A stretch of DNA of 64,000 nucleotides from an uncultured Gemmatimonadales bacterium (GTDB lineage Bacteria > Gemmatimonadota > Gemmatimonadetes > Gemmatimonadales > GWC2-71-9), in the NCBI GenBank assembly GCA_963779755.1, contig CAVZZO010000003.1, forward strand, positions 1,248,001 to 1,312,000, given 5' to 3'. A program made the translations under genes and the position numbers. Numbering within the stretch: the stretch's first letter is position 1; each line of letters starts with the position of its first letter. Below, piece by piece: positions 9,963 to 19,586 of the stretch. The notes below the pieces were generated by a model. It was not told the origin of the DNA. It made no database searches and saw nothing but the letters and a program-made list of their open reading frames with translations.

Positions 9963-10090
9963 ATCAAACGATGGCGAAATATGCCGCACCTTTCGTCATC
10001 GGAAAAATGCAGGACGCGGCAAGAACCCAACTGGACCTGCCCCGGTTTGGTGGACACCTGATGTCGTAGATTACGACAAGGAGGTGTCTC

Positions 10091-10372
10091 ATGGGCAAGG
10101 CCCGACGGCAGTACGACGAACAGTACAAGCGTGAGGCCGTCCGGTTTCTGGAAGAGACCGGGCGGCCGTTGCGTGCGGTGGCCGACGAGCTCCAGGTGAG
10201 CGAGGGGGCGTTGTGGCGCTGGCGGAAGCGGTACGGGACGGGGGCGCAGGCGGGGGTGAGCCCGAGTGAGGCGGCGGAGCTGCGGCGCTTGCGCCGGGAG
10301 AATGAGATCCTGCGCCAGGAGCGGGATTTCTTAAAAAAAGCGGCAGCGTACTTCGCGAATCCGTCCCCGTGA
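10091..10372 (+). CDS. IS3 transposase OrfA (HTH)
   Basis: RRQYDEQYKREAV..LRRENEILRQERDFLKKAAAYFA; AAAAAAAG -1 slippery site at 10333-10340; GGAGG RBS. Confidence 0.9.
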   Translation: MGKARRQYDEQYKREAVRFLEETGRPLRAVADELQVSEGALWRWRKRYGTGAQAGVSPSEAAELRRLRRENEILRQERDFLKKAAAYFANPSP

Positions 10373-10959
10373 AGTATGCCTGTATCCGGCGGCATGAGGG
10401 CGGCTTTCCGGTGGGGCTGATGTGTCGGGTGTTGGCGGTTTCGCGGGCGGGGTATTACGCCTGGCGGCGGCGCCGGCCCAGTGCCCGAGCCCAGCAGGAT
10501 ACGCAGTTGCGGGTGGTGATTCGGGCCATTCACGCGGCGAGCCAGCGGCGCTATGGCCGGCCCCGGATACATCGGGAACTCCGGGACACGCATCAGATTC
10601 GCTGCAGTCCCAAGCGGGTCGCGCGGCTCATGCAGCTGGACGGGTTGCGGGGAAAGCGTACCCGGCGGTACCGGGGCACGACCCAGAGCGATGGGACCCC
10701 CCCGGCCCCCAACCACCTGGGGCGGCGCTTTCACGTCAGCGAGCGCAATCGGGTGTGGGTCAGTGATGTCACCGCCTGCGCCACCGACCAAGGGTGGCTC
10801 TATTTGGCGGTGGTCCTGGATCTGGCCTCGCGACGGGTGGTGGGCTGGGCCGCCGGCGCGACGGTGGGCTAGGAGCTCACCCTGGCCGCCCTGCGCCAGG
10901 CCTTGACCCATCGCACCCCGCCGCCGGGGCTGCTGCACCATTCCGATCGCGGGATGCAT

Positions 10960-12431
10960 GGCGGATTCAAGTGGTCGTCGCAACACCCACTCTGTGGAGG
11001 TTGCGATGGGAGTACCGAAGCGTCGAAGGAGCGATCGGTCGGGGCGAGCCAAGGTGCGCTCGCCCGGGCGCCCGCCAGTGGGGCGGCGTGAGGACCGGCG
11101 GGTGTTCTGGGCGGCGATCGCACGGGGCGAGTATCCCGCGGTGGCGGTCGCCGACGCCCGCGTGTCGTGGGTGGTGGGAGTGCGCTGGTTCCGCCAAGCT
11201 GGAGGGATGCCTCCCTCGCATCTGGCCCCGGGGGCGCCACCGCTCTCGGGGCGCTACCTCTCGTTCGCGGAGCGCGAGCAGCTCGCCCTCCTCAGGGCCC
11301 AGCGACTCGGCGTGCGCGAGTGTGCCCGTTGGCTCCATCGCGCGCCGTCGACGATCTCGCGCGAGTTGCGCCGCAACGCGGCCACGCGCAGCGGCGCGCT
11401 CGATTACCGCGCCACCACGGCGCAGTGGCACGCCGATCGTGCGGCCTGTCGACCAAAGGCGGCAAAGCTGGCAATCGATCCGCGGCTGCAGCAGTATGTG
11501 CAGGAGCGGCTGGCGGGAGTAATTGCATTCCCCGACGGCGTGCCGATCCACGGGCCGGCGGTGCCGTGGAAGGGTCGGCGGCACGGGCGTCGCCAGCACC
11601 GGCGCTGGGGGCGCGCGTGGAGCCCCGAGCAGATCGCGCACCGACTCCCCCTCGACTATCCAGACGATCCGACGATGCGCATCAGCCACGAGGCGATTTA
11701 CCAGGCCCTCTACGTGCAGGGCCGTGGTGCGCTCCGTCGGGAACTCACCGCGTACCTGCGCACGGGGCGAGCCTTGCGGGTCCCGCGAGCCCGCACGCGC
11801 GGCCGGGGCAAGCGCTTTGTCACGCCGGAGCTGCGGATCGCCGAGCGCCCGGCGGAAGTTGAGGATCGTGCGGTTCCAGGGCATTGGGAAGGCGACCTGA
11901 TCCTCGGGCTCGGCAGCTCGGCCATCGGCACGCTCGTCGAGCGTACCACCCGCTTCACCGTGCTGCTGCACCTGCCGCGTATGGCGACACACGCCACGGG
12001 CGCCCGGACGACCGACACGCGGAACGGCCCGCCCCTAGCGGGGCACGGTGCCACCGCCGTGCGGGACGCGATCGTCCGCACGATGCGCACGGTGCCGCGC
12101 CAGCTTTGGCGCTCGCTCACGTGGGATCAAGGCGCTGAGATGGCCGAGCACGCCCAGCTCCGGATCGACACCGGCCTCGCGGTCTACTTCTGTGATCCGC
12201 ACAGCCCGTGGCAGCGCGGAACCAACGAGAACACGAACGGGCTGCTGCGGCAGTTCTTCCCGAAAGGGACCGACCTCAGCGTCCACCGCGCCGCGATCCT
12301 CGATGCGGTCGCGCTCGCCCTCAACGCGCGTCCGCGGAAGACCTTGGACTGGCGTACCCCTGCCGAAGCCTTCGCCACCCTGCTACGATCTGCAGTGACA
12401 ACGACCGTTGCGACGACCGATTGAACCTGGG
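10960..12431 (+). mobile_element. IS30-family element nested in IS3 orfB
   Basis: 25-bp imperfect IRs (19/25, core GGTCGTCGCAAC); CAT duplication at 10957-10959 and 12432-12434. Confidence 0.9.
11006..12424 (+). CDS. IS30-family transposase
   Basis: RAPSTISRELRRN HTH, WSPEQI, GHWEGDL, LTWDQGAEM, PWQRGTNENTNGLLRQFFPKG; GGAGG RBS. Confidence 0.93.
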   Translation: MGVPKRRRSDRSGRAKVRSPGRPPVGRREDRRVFWAAIARGEYPAVAVADARVSWVVGVRWFRQAGGMPPSHLAPGAPPLSGRYLSFAEREQLALLRAQRLGVRECARWLHRAPSTISRELRRNAATRSGALDYRATTAQWHADRAACRPKAAKLAIDPRLQQYVQERLAGVIAFPDGVPIHGPAVPWKGRRHGRRQHRRWGRAWSPEQIAHRLPLDYPDDPTMRISHEAIYQALYVQGRGALRRELTAYLRTGRALRVPRARTRGRGKRFVTPELRIAERPAEVEDRAVPGHWEGDLILGLGSSAIGTLVERTTRFTVLLHLPRMATHATGARTTDTRNGPPLAGHGATAVRDAIVRTMRTVPRQLWRSLTWDQGAEMAEHAQLRIDTGLAVYFCDPHSPWQRGTNENTNGLLRQFFPKGTDLSVHRAAILDAVALALNARPRKTLDWRTPAEAFATLLRSAVTTTVATTD

Positions 12432-12746
12432 CATTACACCGGGACCAGCTATCAGCGGCTGCTCGCGGCGCACGGCGGCATCGCCAGCATGAGCCGACGC
12501 GGGGATTGCTGGGATAATGCCGTGGCGGAGAGTTTCTTCGCCACCCTGAAAACCGAACTGGTGGCCGACGCGAATTGGCGGAGTCGCGCCGAGGGAACCG
12601 ACGCACTCCGCCAGTATCTCGCCTGGTACAACGGGCGACGGTTACATTCGAGCTTGGACTACCGGAGTCCCGCGGCGTACGAGCGTCAACTCGCCGCTGC
12701 TTAACCCCGTGTCCACGAAATCGGGGCAAGACCAAACCACCGGCCA

Positions 12747-12811
12747 TTTTCCCGTCTTTCTCCCGTCTTTCTCCCGTCCTGCTCCCGTCTTACTCCCATC
12801 TTACTCCCGCC
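12747..12811 (-). repeat. About 6 x 11-bp NNNN-TCCCGTC array, inverted relative to 9419-9590
   Basis: ttttcccgtc tttctcccgtc tttctcccgtc ctgctcccgtc ttactcccatc ttactcccgcc. Confidence 0.9.
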
Positions 12812-12813
12812 CC

Positions 12814-14259
12814 CTACCGCACCCGCTTCAGAACCGTCCCCGCCGGAAAGCTCGTCTGATCCGTCGCCTCGTTGATGATCGCCAGGTCCTCGCTGGGAAT
12901 GGTAGAGGGATAGGCCTGGGCGAACTGCGCGAAGGTCATGCTCCGCGGCAGCTTCACCAGCTCGACCCGTTTGGGCTTCACATTGAGCGCCGCCTGATTG
13001 GTCAGTGGGGCGAAGCTGCCGATGGCGCTGTAGAATGCGCTCTGATAGGTGCCGATCCGGTCGGCGGCGGTATAGCCCAGGATCTGGTACACCTTCCCGC
13101 CGTAGGCGATGAACGTCGCGATGCCGCGCAGCGGCGTTCCCTGACTGTCCTGGGCATCGAAAACCGCGGTGACCGCCGACTGGCCGTTGATGGAATTCTG
13201 GCTGGTCTGCCCCGGCTGCACACCCTGCTGGCTCAGGAACTGCTGGGCTGCCGCCGAGGGAGTGGCGGCCTGGGAGAGCGACAGCTCGATCGCGGCATCG
13301 TTGTTGGGACTTACCGCCACGACGGCCTGCGGCTGATTCTGGTACTGCCAGCCCTGCGGCATGGTGATCTGGAACCGCAGGTTGGGATGGTAGAACACGT
13401 TGTTCTGGAAGTATCCCTGCGCGGGATCCTCGCCATAGATCACGTTGTTGACCCGCTGCAGATACCCGTCGCGGTTCACCACCGCGCCGGCCAGGCTCTT
13501 GCTCAGGGTATCGAGCCGGGCCTGGGTCGCCTGGATCCGGTTGCCGGGATCGGGGTGGGTCGCCAGCCATTCGGGCAGCCCGCTGCCGCCCTGCGCCTGG
13601 CTCATCCGCTGCAGGATCTGGAACACGTCCACCATCTGGCGTACGTCCCAACCGTGCTCCTCCGTGTACTTGAACCCCAGCCGGTCGGCCTCGGCTTCGT
13701 CGTCCCGGCTGTACTTCAGGAACAGCAGGTTCAGCCCCAGACCGGCCACATTCCCCAGCTTGGCCACGGTGGGCGAGAGAATGGAGCCCAGGCCCAGGCC
13801 GAGCTGCGCCACCTGCTGCTGGCTGATCTGCTCCACCGCGTGCCGGTGCGTGACGTGCCCGATCTCGTGCCCGATGACCGACGCCAGCTCCGCCTCGTTG
13901 TTGATCGCCGTAATGAGCCCGCGGGTCACGAAAATCGGACCGCCCGGCAGGGCGAACGCGTTCACCGCGGGGTCGTCCACCACCTGGAAGCTCCAGGGAA
14001 GATTCGGGCGCTCGGACGTCTTGGCCATCTTCATGCCGATACTCGACACGTAGCTCTGCAGCTGCGGGTCGTTGTACAGGCCGATCGTCTGCCGCACCTC
14101 CTCCGCCCCCTGCTGGCCCATCTGGATTTCCTGGCTTTCCGATACCAGGGCCAGTTCGGACTTGCCGGTAACCGGATTGGTGGCGCAGCTCACCGCCAGC
14201 GCGCCTGCGAGTATGGCAGGGACGGTGCGACGGAGCGAAGTCAGCATGGGTAGCGGCAT
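12814..14259 (-). CDS. M48 family metalloprotease lipoprotein
   Basis: LAVSC lipobox, NAFALPGG, HEIGH zinc motif, YSRDDEAEAD, THP; start may instead be 14247. Confidence 0.9.
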   Translation of the reverse strand: MPLPMLTSLRRTVPAILAGALAVSCATNPVTGKSELALVSESQEIQMGQQGAEEVRQTIGLYNDPQLQSYVSSIGMKMAKTSERPNLPWSFQVVDDPAVNAFALPGGPIFVTRGLITAINNEAELASVIGHEIGHVTHRHAVEQISQQQVAQLGLGLGSILSPTVAKLGNVAGLGLNLLFLKYSRDDEAEADRLGFKYTEEHGWDVRQMVDVFQILQRMSQAQGGSGLPEWLATHPDPGNRIQATQARLDTLSKSLAGAVVNRDGYLQRVNNVIYGEDPAQGYFQNNVFYHPNLRFQITMPQGWQYQNQPQAVVAVSPNNDAAIELSLSQAATPSAAAQQFLSQQGVQPGQTSQNSINGQSAVTAVFDAQDSQGTPLRGIATFIAYGGKVYQILGYTAADRIGTYQSAFYSAIGSFAPLTNQAALNVKPKRVELVKLPRSMTFAQFAQAYPSTIPSEDLAIINEATDQTSFPAGTVLKRVR

Positions 14260-14368
14260 GGGCTTGAGACCTGTGCGAGTGGTGAACGGCCAGTCGGGCT
14301 CCCACCTCGAATACCCTGTCATACTGACCACCTGGACGGCGCCGGGCTGTGCCGGAGCGCACACTGCC

Positions 14369-15319
14369 TCAAGTGCGGCCCAGCAGCCGCCAGGGCAGCC
14401 GCGCATCCGGCCGGACGAAGTGGCGCTGCAGGGGCCGCCAGTCGGCCCATGCCCGGGCGCCCTGTTCCTCCAGATGCTCCCACAGTACCGGCAACCGGCG
14501 CCGGGCGGCGCCCTCGCATAGCTCGTTCAGCGTCCGCGCCAGCACCTGCGCGTCCTGCAGCCGCCCCAGCACCGACTGCAGCCGGCGAAGCTGCTCCAGC
14601 CGCCGGACGGTACCGGGCCCGGCCACGTCGACCAACGGCTCTACCTGGTAGCGCAGCCGTTTGCCGATGCGGCGCAACTGGTGCAGCGTCTCGCCCTGGG
14701 CGTCGAGGTCCGCCGGCGGGCCCGTCCCGGGATCTTCCCGCGCCACCTGCAACCTGCCCTGCCTGAGAACCGCCCCGATACCCCAGCCCGGATGCAGCCA
14801 GAAGCGGCGCAGCACGGGTGAGAGCAGGTCGGGTAACGTATCGCCGGCGCGAAGGGAGGCGGGCCAGCGCCAGGCCGGGCGGGCCAGCCAGGCGGACAGA
14901 CCGCGCCGCATCCCGGAGAATGCGCGGCTCCGGAAGGCGGCACGCGCCTCGGCCAGGGCAGCCTCGCGCCGCTCCCGTAGCACGCCGGCGATCCGGTGCA
15001 GTTCCACCCGTTCCGCCACCGCCGGCGGCGTGGCTGGCGGCGCATCCAGCCACTCGAGCAGCACGTCGTGATCGCGCAGGGCGCGAAACCGGCGCCCGAA
15101 ACGCGCGACCGTGCGCGCACTCCCGGCCTTCGGCAGGTCGAGCCCGGGCCCGAAGACCTCGAGCGCAGCGCGCAAGCGCCGCAGCGCCACACGAAAATCG
15201 TGCACCGCCCTGGTGTCCTTCCCGGACTCGACACCCGAACGCTCCTTCAGCATCCGGCCGAAGGAGCGCTCGATCGCCGGAAAGGCGAGGTCGGCGAGAA
15301 GGATCTGCGGCTGGGCCAT
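14369..15319 (-). CDS. CHAD domain protein
   Basis: VHDFRVALRRLRA, LRDHDV, LHQLRRIGKRLRYQVE, LQSVLGRLQD. Confidence 0.85.
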   Translation of the reverse strand: MAQPQILLADLAFPAIERSFGRMLKERSGVESGKDTRAVHDFRVALRRLRAALEVFGPGLDLPKAGSARTVARFGRRFRALRDHDVLLEWLDAPPATPPAVAERVELHRIAGVLRERREAALAEARAAFRSRAFSGMRRGLSAWLARPAWRWPASLRAGDTLPDLLSPVLRRFWLHPGWGIGAVLRQGRLQVAREDPGTGPPADLDAQGETLHQLRRIGKRLRYQVEPLVDVAGPGTVRRLEQLRRLQSVLGRLQDAQVLARTLNELCEGAARRRLPVLWEHLEEQGARAWADWRPLQRHFVRPDARLPWRLLGRT

Positions 15320-15387
15320 GCTCCCTGAGAGACTGAGAAGGCAGCGAGAATACTGCCGCAGAGGCGCTGAGTACGCGCTGAATACCC

Positions 15388-17502
15388 TCAGTGCCCGCCG
15401 GTCAGCTCATCGGCCAGCGCGGTGGCGCCATAGATCTTGCGCAGCGCCTCGACAATGCCGCGGGAGTCGACTGCGACGGCCCGCGCTACCCGCTCGGTGA
15501 ACAGGAACCGGTTCGGCAGCATTTCGATATTACCGTCGAAGATGAGCCCCACCAGGCGGCCTTCCCGGTCGATCACCGGACTGCCCGAGTTGCCGCCGAT
15601 GATATCGGCGGTGGCGACCAGGTCGAGCGGCGTCGTGAGATCCAGCGAGTCGCGCCGGTCGATCCAGCGCTGGGTCAGGTCCCAGGGCGCTTGGCTGCCG
15701 AAGCCGTAGTGCCGGTCGTACAGGCCGTAGAAGGTGGTGTAGGGGGGGGCGTAGGTCCCGTTCATGGGATACCGCTTCACCTCGCCGTCGGAGATCCGCA
15801 GGCTGAAAGTGGCGTCCGGCGCCACGCTGTTGCCGAACACCGCCAGCAGCGCCCGGGCGATGCGCTCGTCATACTTGGCCTCGTCGTTGGAGAGATCGCC
15901 GGCCTGGGCCTGGACCTTGCGCTCCAGCGGCTCGATCACCCTCGCCAGCTTGATGAACGGATCACTGGAGGACTGAATCGCCGAGGCCCCGCCTTCCATC
16001 AGTGCCTTGCGTCCCGCGGCGGTCGTGAGGGTCGTCGCCGCCACCATCTGTTTGGCCGCCTGCTCCGGTGTCCGGCCGGCGAGCGCCGCCTGCAGCACCG
16101 GGTCGGACGCGGGAAGCGCCGCCTTCATGGCCTCGAAATACTGGGCCAGCATGGCCGTTTCCATGGCGGCATCCACCGTGTCCTGCGCCCCCAGCAGCGC
16201 CTGCACCCGCGCGCGGTTACGCTCCTGGAACATGGGCTGCCGCAGGCTGTCGGGCTTGGCCATCTCCGCCGGCATCCGGACCAGCAGCCCCGCCATCGGC
16301 AGCAGGCGAGCGCCCCAGGTGCTGAAGGAGTAGAACCGCCGCTGCGCGTCGAGCGTGCGCATCTGGTCGCGGATGGCCGCGATCCCCTGCCAGGGGTCGC
16401 CGAACTGCTGCTTCAGCCTGGGGTCGGAGGAGACCTGCTGCCGGAAATTCTTCTCCCAGGCCTGCTTCCGCGCCATCAGCGCGGGATCGAGCAGGCCGGC
16501 CTGGTAGCCGCCGATGGCCTTCTGCGCGTTCTCCAGCCCGAAGAGGGTATTGCGCAGCGCCTTGGCCCGGTCGTCGCTCATCTCGGAGAGCCCCTTGTAC
16601 ACCCGGATCATGCGCGCCAGCTGATCCAGCTGGGCGGGATACTGCACGTCGCGCAGGAAGGTGAGCTGGGCCGTGGTGTTGAGCCGCCCCGTGGATCCCG
16701 GGTTGCCGATAACGAAGACAAGATCGCCTTCCTTGGTACCGGCGGGGCTCCAGCGGAAGTACTCGGTGTGGGCCGGCGCGTTGTTCTCGTAGGCCCGCAG
16801 AATGGACACGTCCAGGTCGTGCCGCGGGTAGGTGAAGTTATCGGGATCGCCGCCGAAGAAGGCCGTCTGCGATTCCACCGCGAACACCAGCCGGACATCG
16901 CTGAACCGGCGGAAGCGATACAGCTTGTACTGGCCCCCGCGGTACATCGTCACCACCTGGCAGACGGTATCCGCGCCCCCGCCGCAGGCCTTCTCGATCC
17001 GCTGAATGGCGGTCTGCCGACGTTCGGCCGCCTGGTTCGAAGGCGTGGAGGCGGTAATGCCATGGTTGACGCTGTCGGTAACGTCCGTGATCGACTGCAA
17101 CTGGTCCATCACCAGGCCGGGACAGGGACGCTCCTCGTCCCGCGCGGCCGAGGAGAAGCCGTTGGCCAGCAGATCTTCGCCCGGCTTGGTCACGGCCTCG
17201 ACGCAGGCGCGGGCGCAGTGATGGTTGGTGAGAATGAGCCCCTCGGCCGACACGAACGATGCCGAGCAGCCGCTGCTCAGCCGGCCCGCGGCGAGGCGGG
17301 CGTGGTCGAGCCAGGCCTGGTCGGGATGGAAGTCGTAACGCTTGGCCCAGTAGGCCATGGGCGGCGCATCGAAGGTCCACATCTTGCCTGTCTCCAGGCC
17401 CGGATATTCTCCCTGCATGGTGGCGGGGGCCTGCGCCCCGGCGCTCGCCGCGGCGAGCATGGTCACGAGTACCAGACTGCAAACGGTTCTCAAGCGGGAC
17501 AT
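15388..17502 (-). CDS. S46 family dipeptidyl peptidase
   Basis: Signal peptide, GKMWTF, TNHHC, FGGDPDNFTYPR, DIIGGNSGSP. Confidence 0.92.
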   Translation of the reverse strand: MSRLRTVCSLVLVTMLAAASAGAQAPATMQGEYPGLETGKMWTFDAPPMAYWAKRYDFHPDQAWLDHARLAAGRLSSGCSASFVSAEGLILTNHHCARACVEAVTKPGEDLLANGFSSAARDEERPCPGLVMDQLQSITDVTDSVNHGITASTPSNQAAERRQTAIQRIEKACGGGADTVCQVVTMYRGGQYKLYRFRRFSDVRLVFAVESQTAFFGGDPDNFTYPRHDLDVSILRAYENNAPAHTEYFRWSPAGTKEGDLVFVIGNPGSTGRLNTTAQLTFLRDVQYPAQLDQLARMIRVYKGLSEMSDDRAKALRNTLFGLENAQKAIGGYQAGLLDPALMARKQAWEKNFRQQVSSDPRLKQQFGDPWQGIAAIRDQMRTLDAQRRFYSFSTWGARLLPMAGLLVRMPAEMAKPDSLRQPMFQERNRARVQALLGAQDTVDAAMETAMLAQYFEAMKAALPASDPVLQAALAGRTPEQAAKQMVAATTLTTAAGRKALMEGGASAIQSSSDPFIKLARVIEPLERKVQAQAGDLSNDEAKYDERIARALLAVFGNSVAPDATFSLRISDGEVKRYPMNGTYAPPYTTFYGLYDRHYGFGSQAPWDLTQRWIDRRDSLDLTTPLDLVATADIIGGNSGSPVIDREGRLVGLIFDGNIEMLPNRFLFTERVARAVAVDSRGIVEALRKIYGATALADELTGGH

Positions 17503-17603
17503 GGCACGCTCCAGGTGACTGTTAAGGAAGGGCGCTGGAACAAGAGGCCGGGCGACCGGTTTTTGCAAGACCCGGCGGCGAATCCCGAACGGCAGACTCG
17601 GGT

Positions 17604-17738
17604 CTGGGAAAAAACGGGAGAAAGACGGGAATGAGACGGGATGGAGACGGGAGCGGACGCGCTCCTCCCGTCTTTCTCCCGTCCTGCTCCCGTCTTTCTC
17701 CCGTCCTGCTCCCGTCTTTCTCCCGTCCTGCTCCCGTC
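17604..17738. repeat. Inverted 11-bp GACGGGA arrays with no intervening gene
   Basis: About 4 purine units, short spacer, then 7 TCCCGTC cores alternating with tttc/ctgc; same units as 12747-12811. Confidence 0.92.
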
Positions 17739-17784
17739 GCTAGATTCCCGGCCAGACTTTCCTCCACCCCCAACTCCATCTCCC

Positions 17785-19554
17785 ATGACCTGGCAGGCCT
17801 GGTTTACACTCGCCGTCAGCATCGGGACCATCGCGCTGCTGGCCCGCGATATCGTCGCGCCCGCCTCCGCCATGATGGGCGCCACCATCCTGCTGCTGGT
17901 GGTGGGCGTCATCTCGCCGGGACAGGCGTTTGCGGGCTTCGGCAATCCCGCCCCGATTACCGTCGCCGCCCTGTACATCCTGGCACGGGCCGTGGAGAAG
18001 ACCGGGCTCATGCACCCGCTGGTGAGCGGCCTGCTGGGCCGGGGAGGCGGAGGGCGCCGCACCCTCACCCGGCTGCTGCTGCCGTCCGCGGCGGGCTCGG
18101 CGTTCCTCAACAACACGCCGATCGTGGCCATGCTCATGCCGGTGGTGAACCAGTGGTCGGAAGAGCACCGGGAATCGCCCTCGGGCTACCTCATGCCGCT
18201 CTCCTTCGCCGTCATTCTGGGCGGCGTGGTCACCGCCATCGGCACCTCCACCAATCTGGTGATTTCCGGCCTGCTGGAGCAGTCGGGCCAGCGGCCCATG
18301 GGGCTGTTCGAGCTGACGCCCATCGGGCTGCCGGTCATGGTGGTGGGACTGCTGCTGCTCATCGCGCTCACCCCGGTGCTCCTCCCCGAACGCAAGACGG
18401 CCCGCGCCGACCTGGGCGAGGATTTCCGTGAGTTCGTGGTGAGCATGGAGGTGATCGGGGACGGGCCGCTCGACGGCCGCACGGTGGAGGAAGCGGGCCT
18501 GCGCAACCTGATGGGGGTTTTCCTGGCCGAGATCGAGCGGGGGGGAGAAGTCATCGCGCCGGCCCGTCCCACCACCGTCCTGCACGGCGGCGACCGGCTC
18601 AGCTTCGTGGGCAAGGTCGATCAGGTGGTCGACCTGCAGGGCCGCCGCGGGCTCCGCTCCAGCGAGCAGCACCACCTCACCCCCTTCGATACCAGCCGCC
18701 ACACCTTCTTCGAAGCCGTGGTGGGCGCGGCCTCGCCCCTGGTGGGCAAGACGGTGAAGGAAATCGAATTCCGCAGCCGCTACCAGGCCGCCGTGGTCGC
18801 CATCCACCGCTCCGGCCAGCGCGTACGCGCCAAGCTGGGCGAGGTCCGGATCCGCCTGGGCGACACGCTCCTGCTGCTCACCGACCCCGGCTTCCGCGAC
18901 CGCTGGCGCGACCGCAATGACTTCCTGCTCGTCTCCCGGCTGGGCGGTGCAGCGCCGGGCGTTACCCGCAAGGCCTGGATCGTGGGACTCGTCACGCTGG
19001 CCATCGTGGTCGTCGCCGGCCTGGGGCTGGTGCCCATCCTGCAGGCGTCGCTGGTGGGCGTGATCATCCTGGTGGCATCCGGCGTGCTGACGGCGGCGGA
19101 GGCGCGCAACGCGGTGGACCTGGACGTGCTGATCCTGATCGCCGCGTCCTTCGGGCTGGGAGCCGCGATCTCGGAGAGCGGCCTCGCAACCCATATCGCC
19201 ACGTTCATCACCGGGACTTTTGCCTCGCTGGGCCACACCGGGGCGCTGCTCGGCGTCGTGCTCGGCACCATCGTGCTGACGGAGCTGGTCACCAATAACG
19301 CGGCGGCGGCGCTGATGTTCCCCATCGGGTGGGCGGCGGCGCTGCAGGTGGGAGCCGATCCGCGCGGCTTTGCCATGGCCGTGGCGGTGAGCGCCTCGGC
19401 ATCGTTCCTCACCCCCATCGGCTACCAGACCAATACCATGGTCTACGGCCCGGGGGGCTATCGCTTCTGGGATTACATCCGGCTGGGATTCCCGCTGACG
19501 ATCGTGGTGATCATTACGATCGTGCTGCTGGTGCCGGTGGTGTGGGCCATGTAA
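17785..19554 (+). CDS. SLC13/CitMHS family permease with TrkA-C domains
   Basis: SAFLNNTPIV, IGTSTNLV, two RCK_C-like domains, TELVTNNAAA, TPIGYQTNTMV. Confidence 0.9.
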   Translation: MTWQAWFTLAVSIGTIALLARDIVAPASAMMGATILLLVVGVISPGQAFAGFGNPAPITVAALYILARAVEKTGLMHPLVSGLLGRGGGGRRTLTRLLLPSAAGSAFLNNTPIVAMLMPVVNQWSEEHRESPSGYLMPLSFAVILGGVVTAIGTSTNLVISGLLEQSGQRPMGLFELTPIGLPVMVVGLLLLIALTPVLLPERKTARADLGEDFREFVVSMEVIGDGPLDGRTVEEAGLRNLMGVFLAEIERGGEVIAPARPTTVLHGGDRLSFVGKVDQVVDLQGRRGLRSSEQHHLTPFDTSRHTFFEAVVGAASPLVGKTVKEIEFRSRYQAAVVAIHRSGQRVRAKLGEVRIRLGDTLLLLTDPGFRDRWRDRNDFLLVSRLGGAAPGVTRKAWIVGLVTLAIVVVAGLGLVPILQASLVGVIILVASGVLTAAEARNAVDLDVLILIAASFGLGAAISESGLATHIATFITGTFASLGHTGALLGVVLGTIVLTELVTNNAAAALMFPIGWAAALQVGADPRGFAMAVAVSASASFLTPIGYQTNTMVYGPGGYRFWDYIRLGFPLTIVVIITIVLLVPVVWAM

Positions 19555-19586
19555 GCCGGCGGGCTGAAGCCGCCGGTGCCCGGCGC

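Larger units (their letters stand above)
10369..12704 (+). pseudogene. IS3 OrfB DDE integrase, disrupted
   Basis: WVSDVT, in-frame TAG at 10870-10872, HSDRG, then IS30 insertion; resumes as HYTGTSYQ..GDCWDNAVAESFF..YNGRRLHSSLDY. Confidence 0.9.
10032..12734 (+). mobile_element. IS3-family element, inactivated (nonsense codon plus nested IS30)
   Basis: TG...CA ends; 26-bp imperfect IRs (tggacctgccccggtttggtggacac vs revcomp tggtcttgccccgatttcgtggacac, 22/26); AAC duplication at 10029-10031 and 12735-12737. Confidence 0.93.

Noticed and set aside
10870..10872. Pyrrolysine or programmed amber readthrough in IS3 orfB
   Set aside because: No pyl genes in the window; the element is already disrupted, so a plain nonsense mutation is simpler.
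17641..17784. N-terminal extension of the SLC13 permease
   Set aside because: Encoded by the repeat array; family-like sequence starts at ATG 17785.
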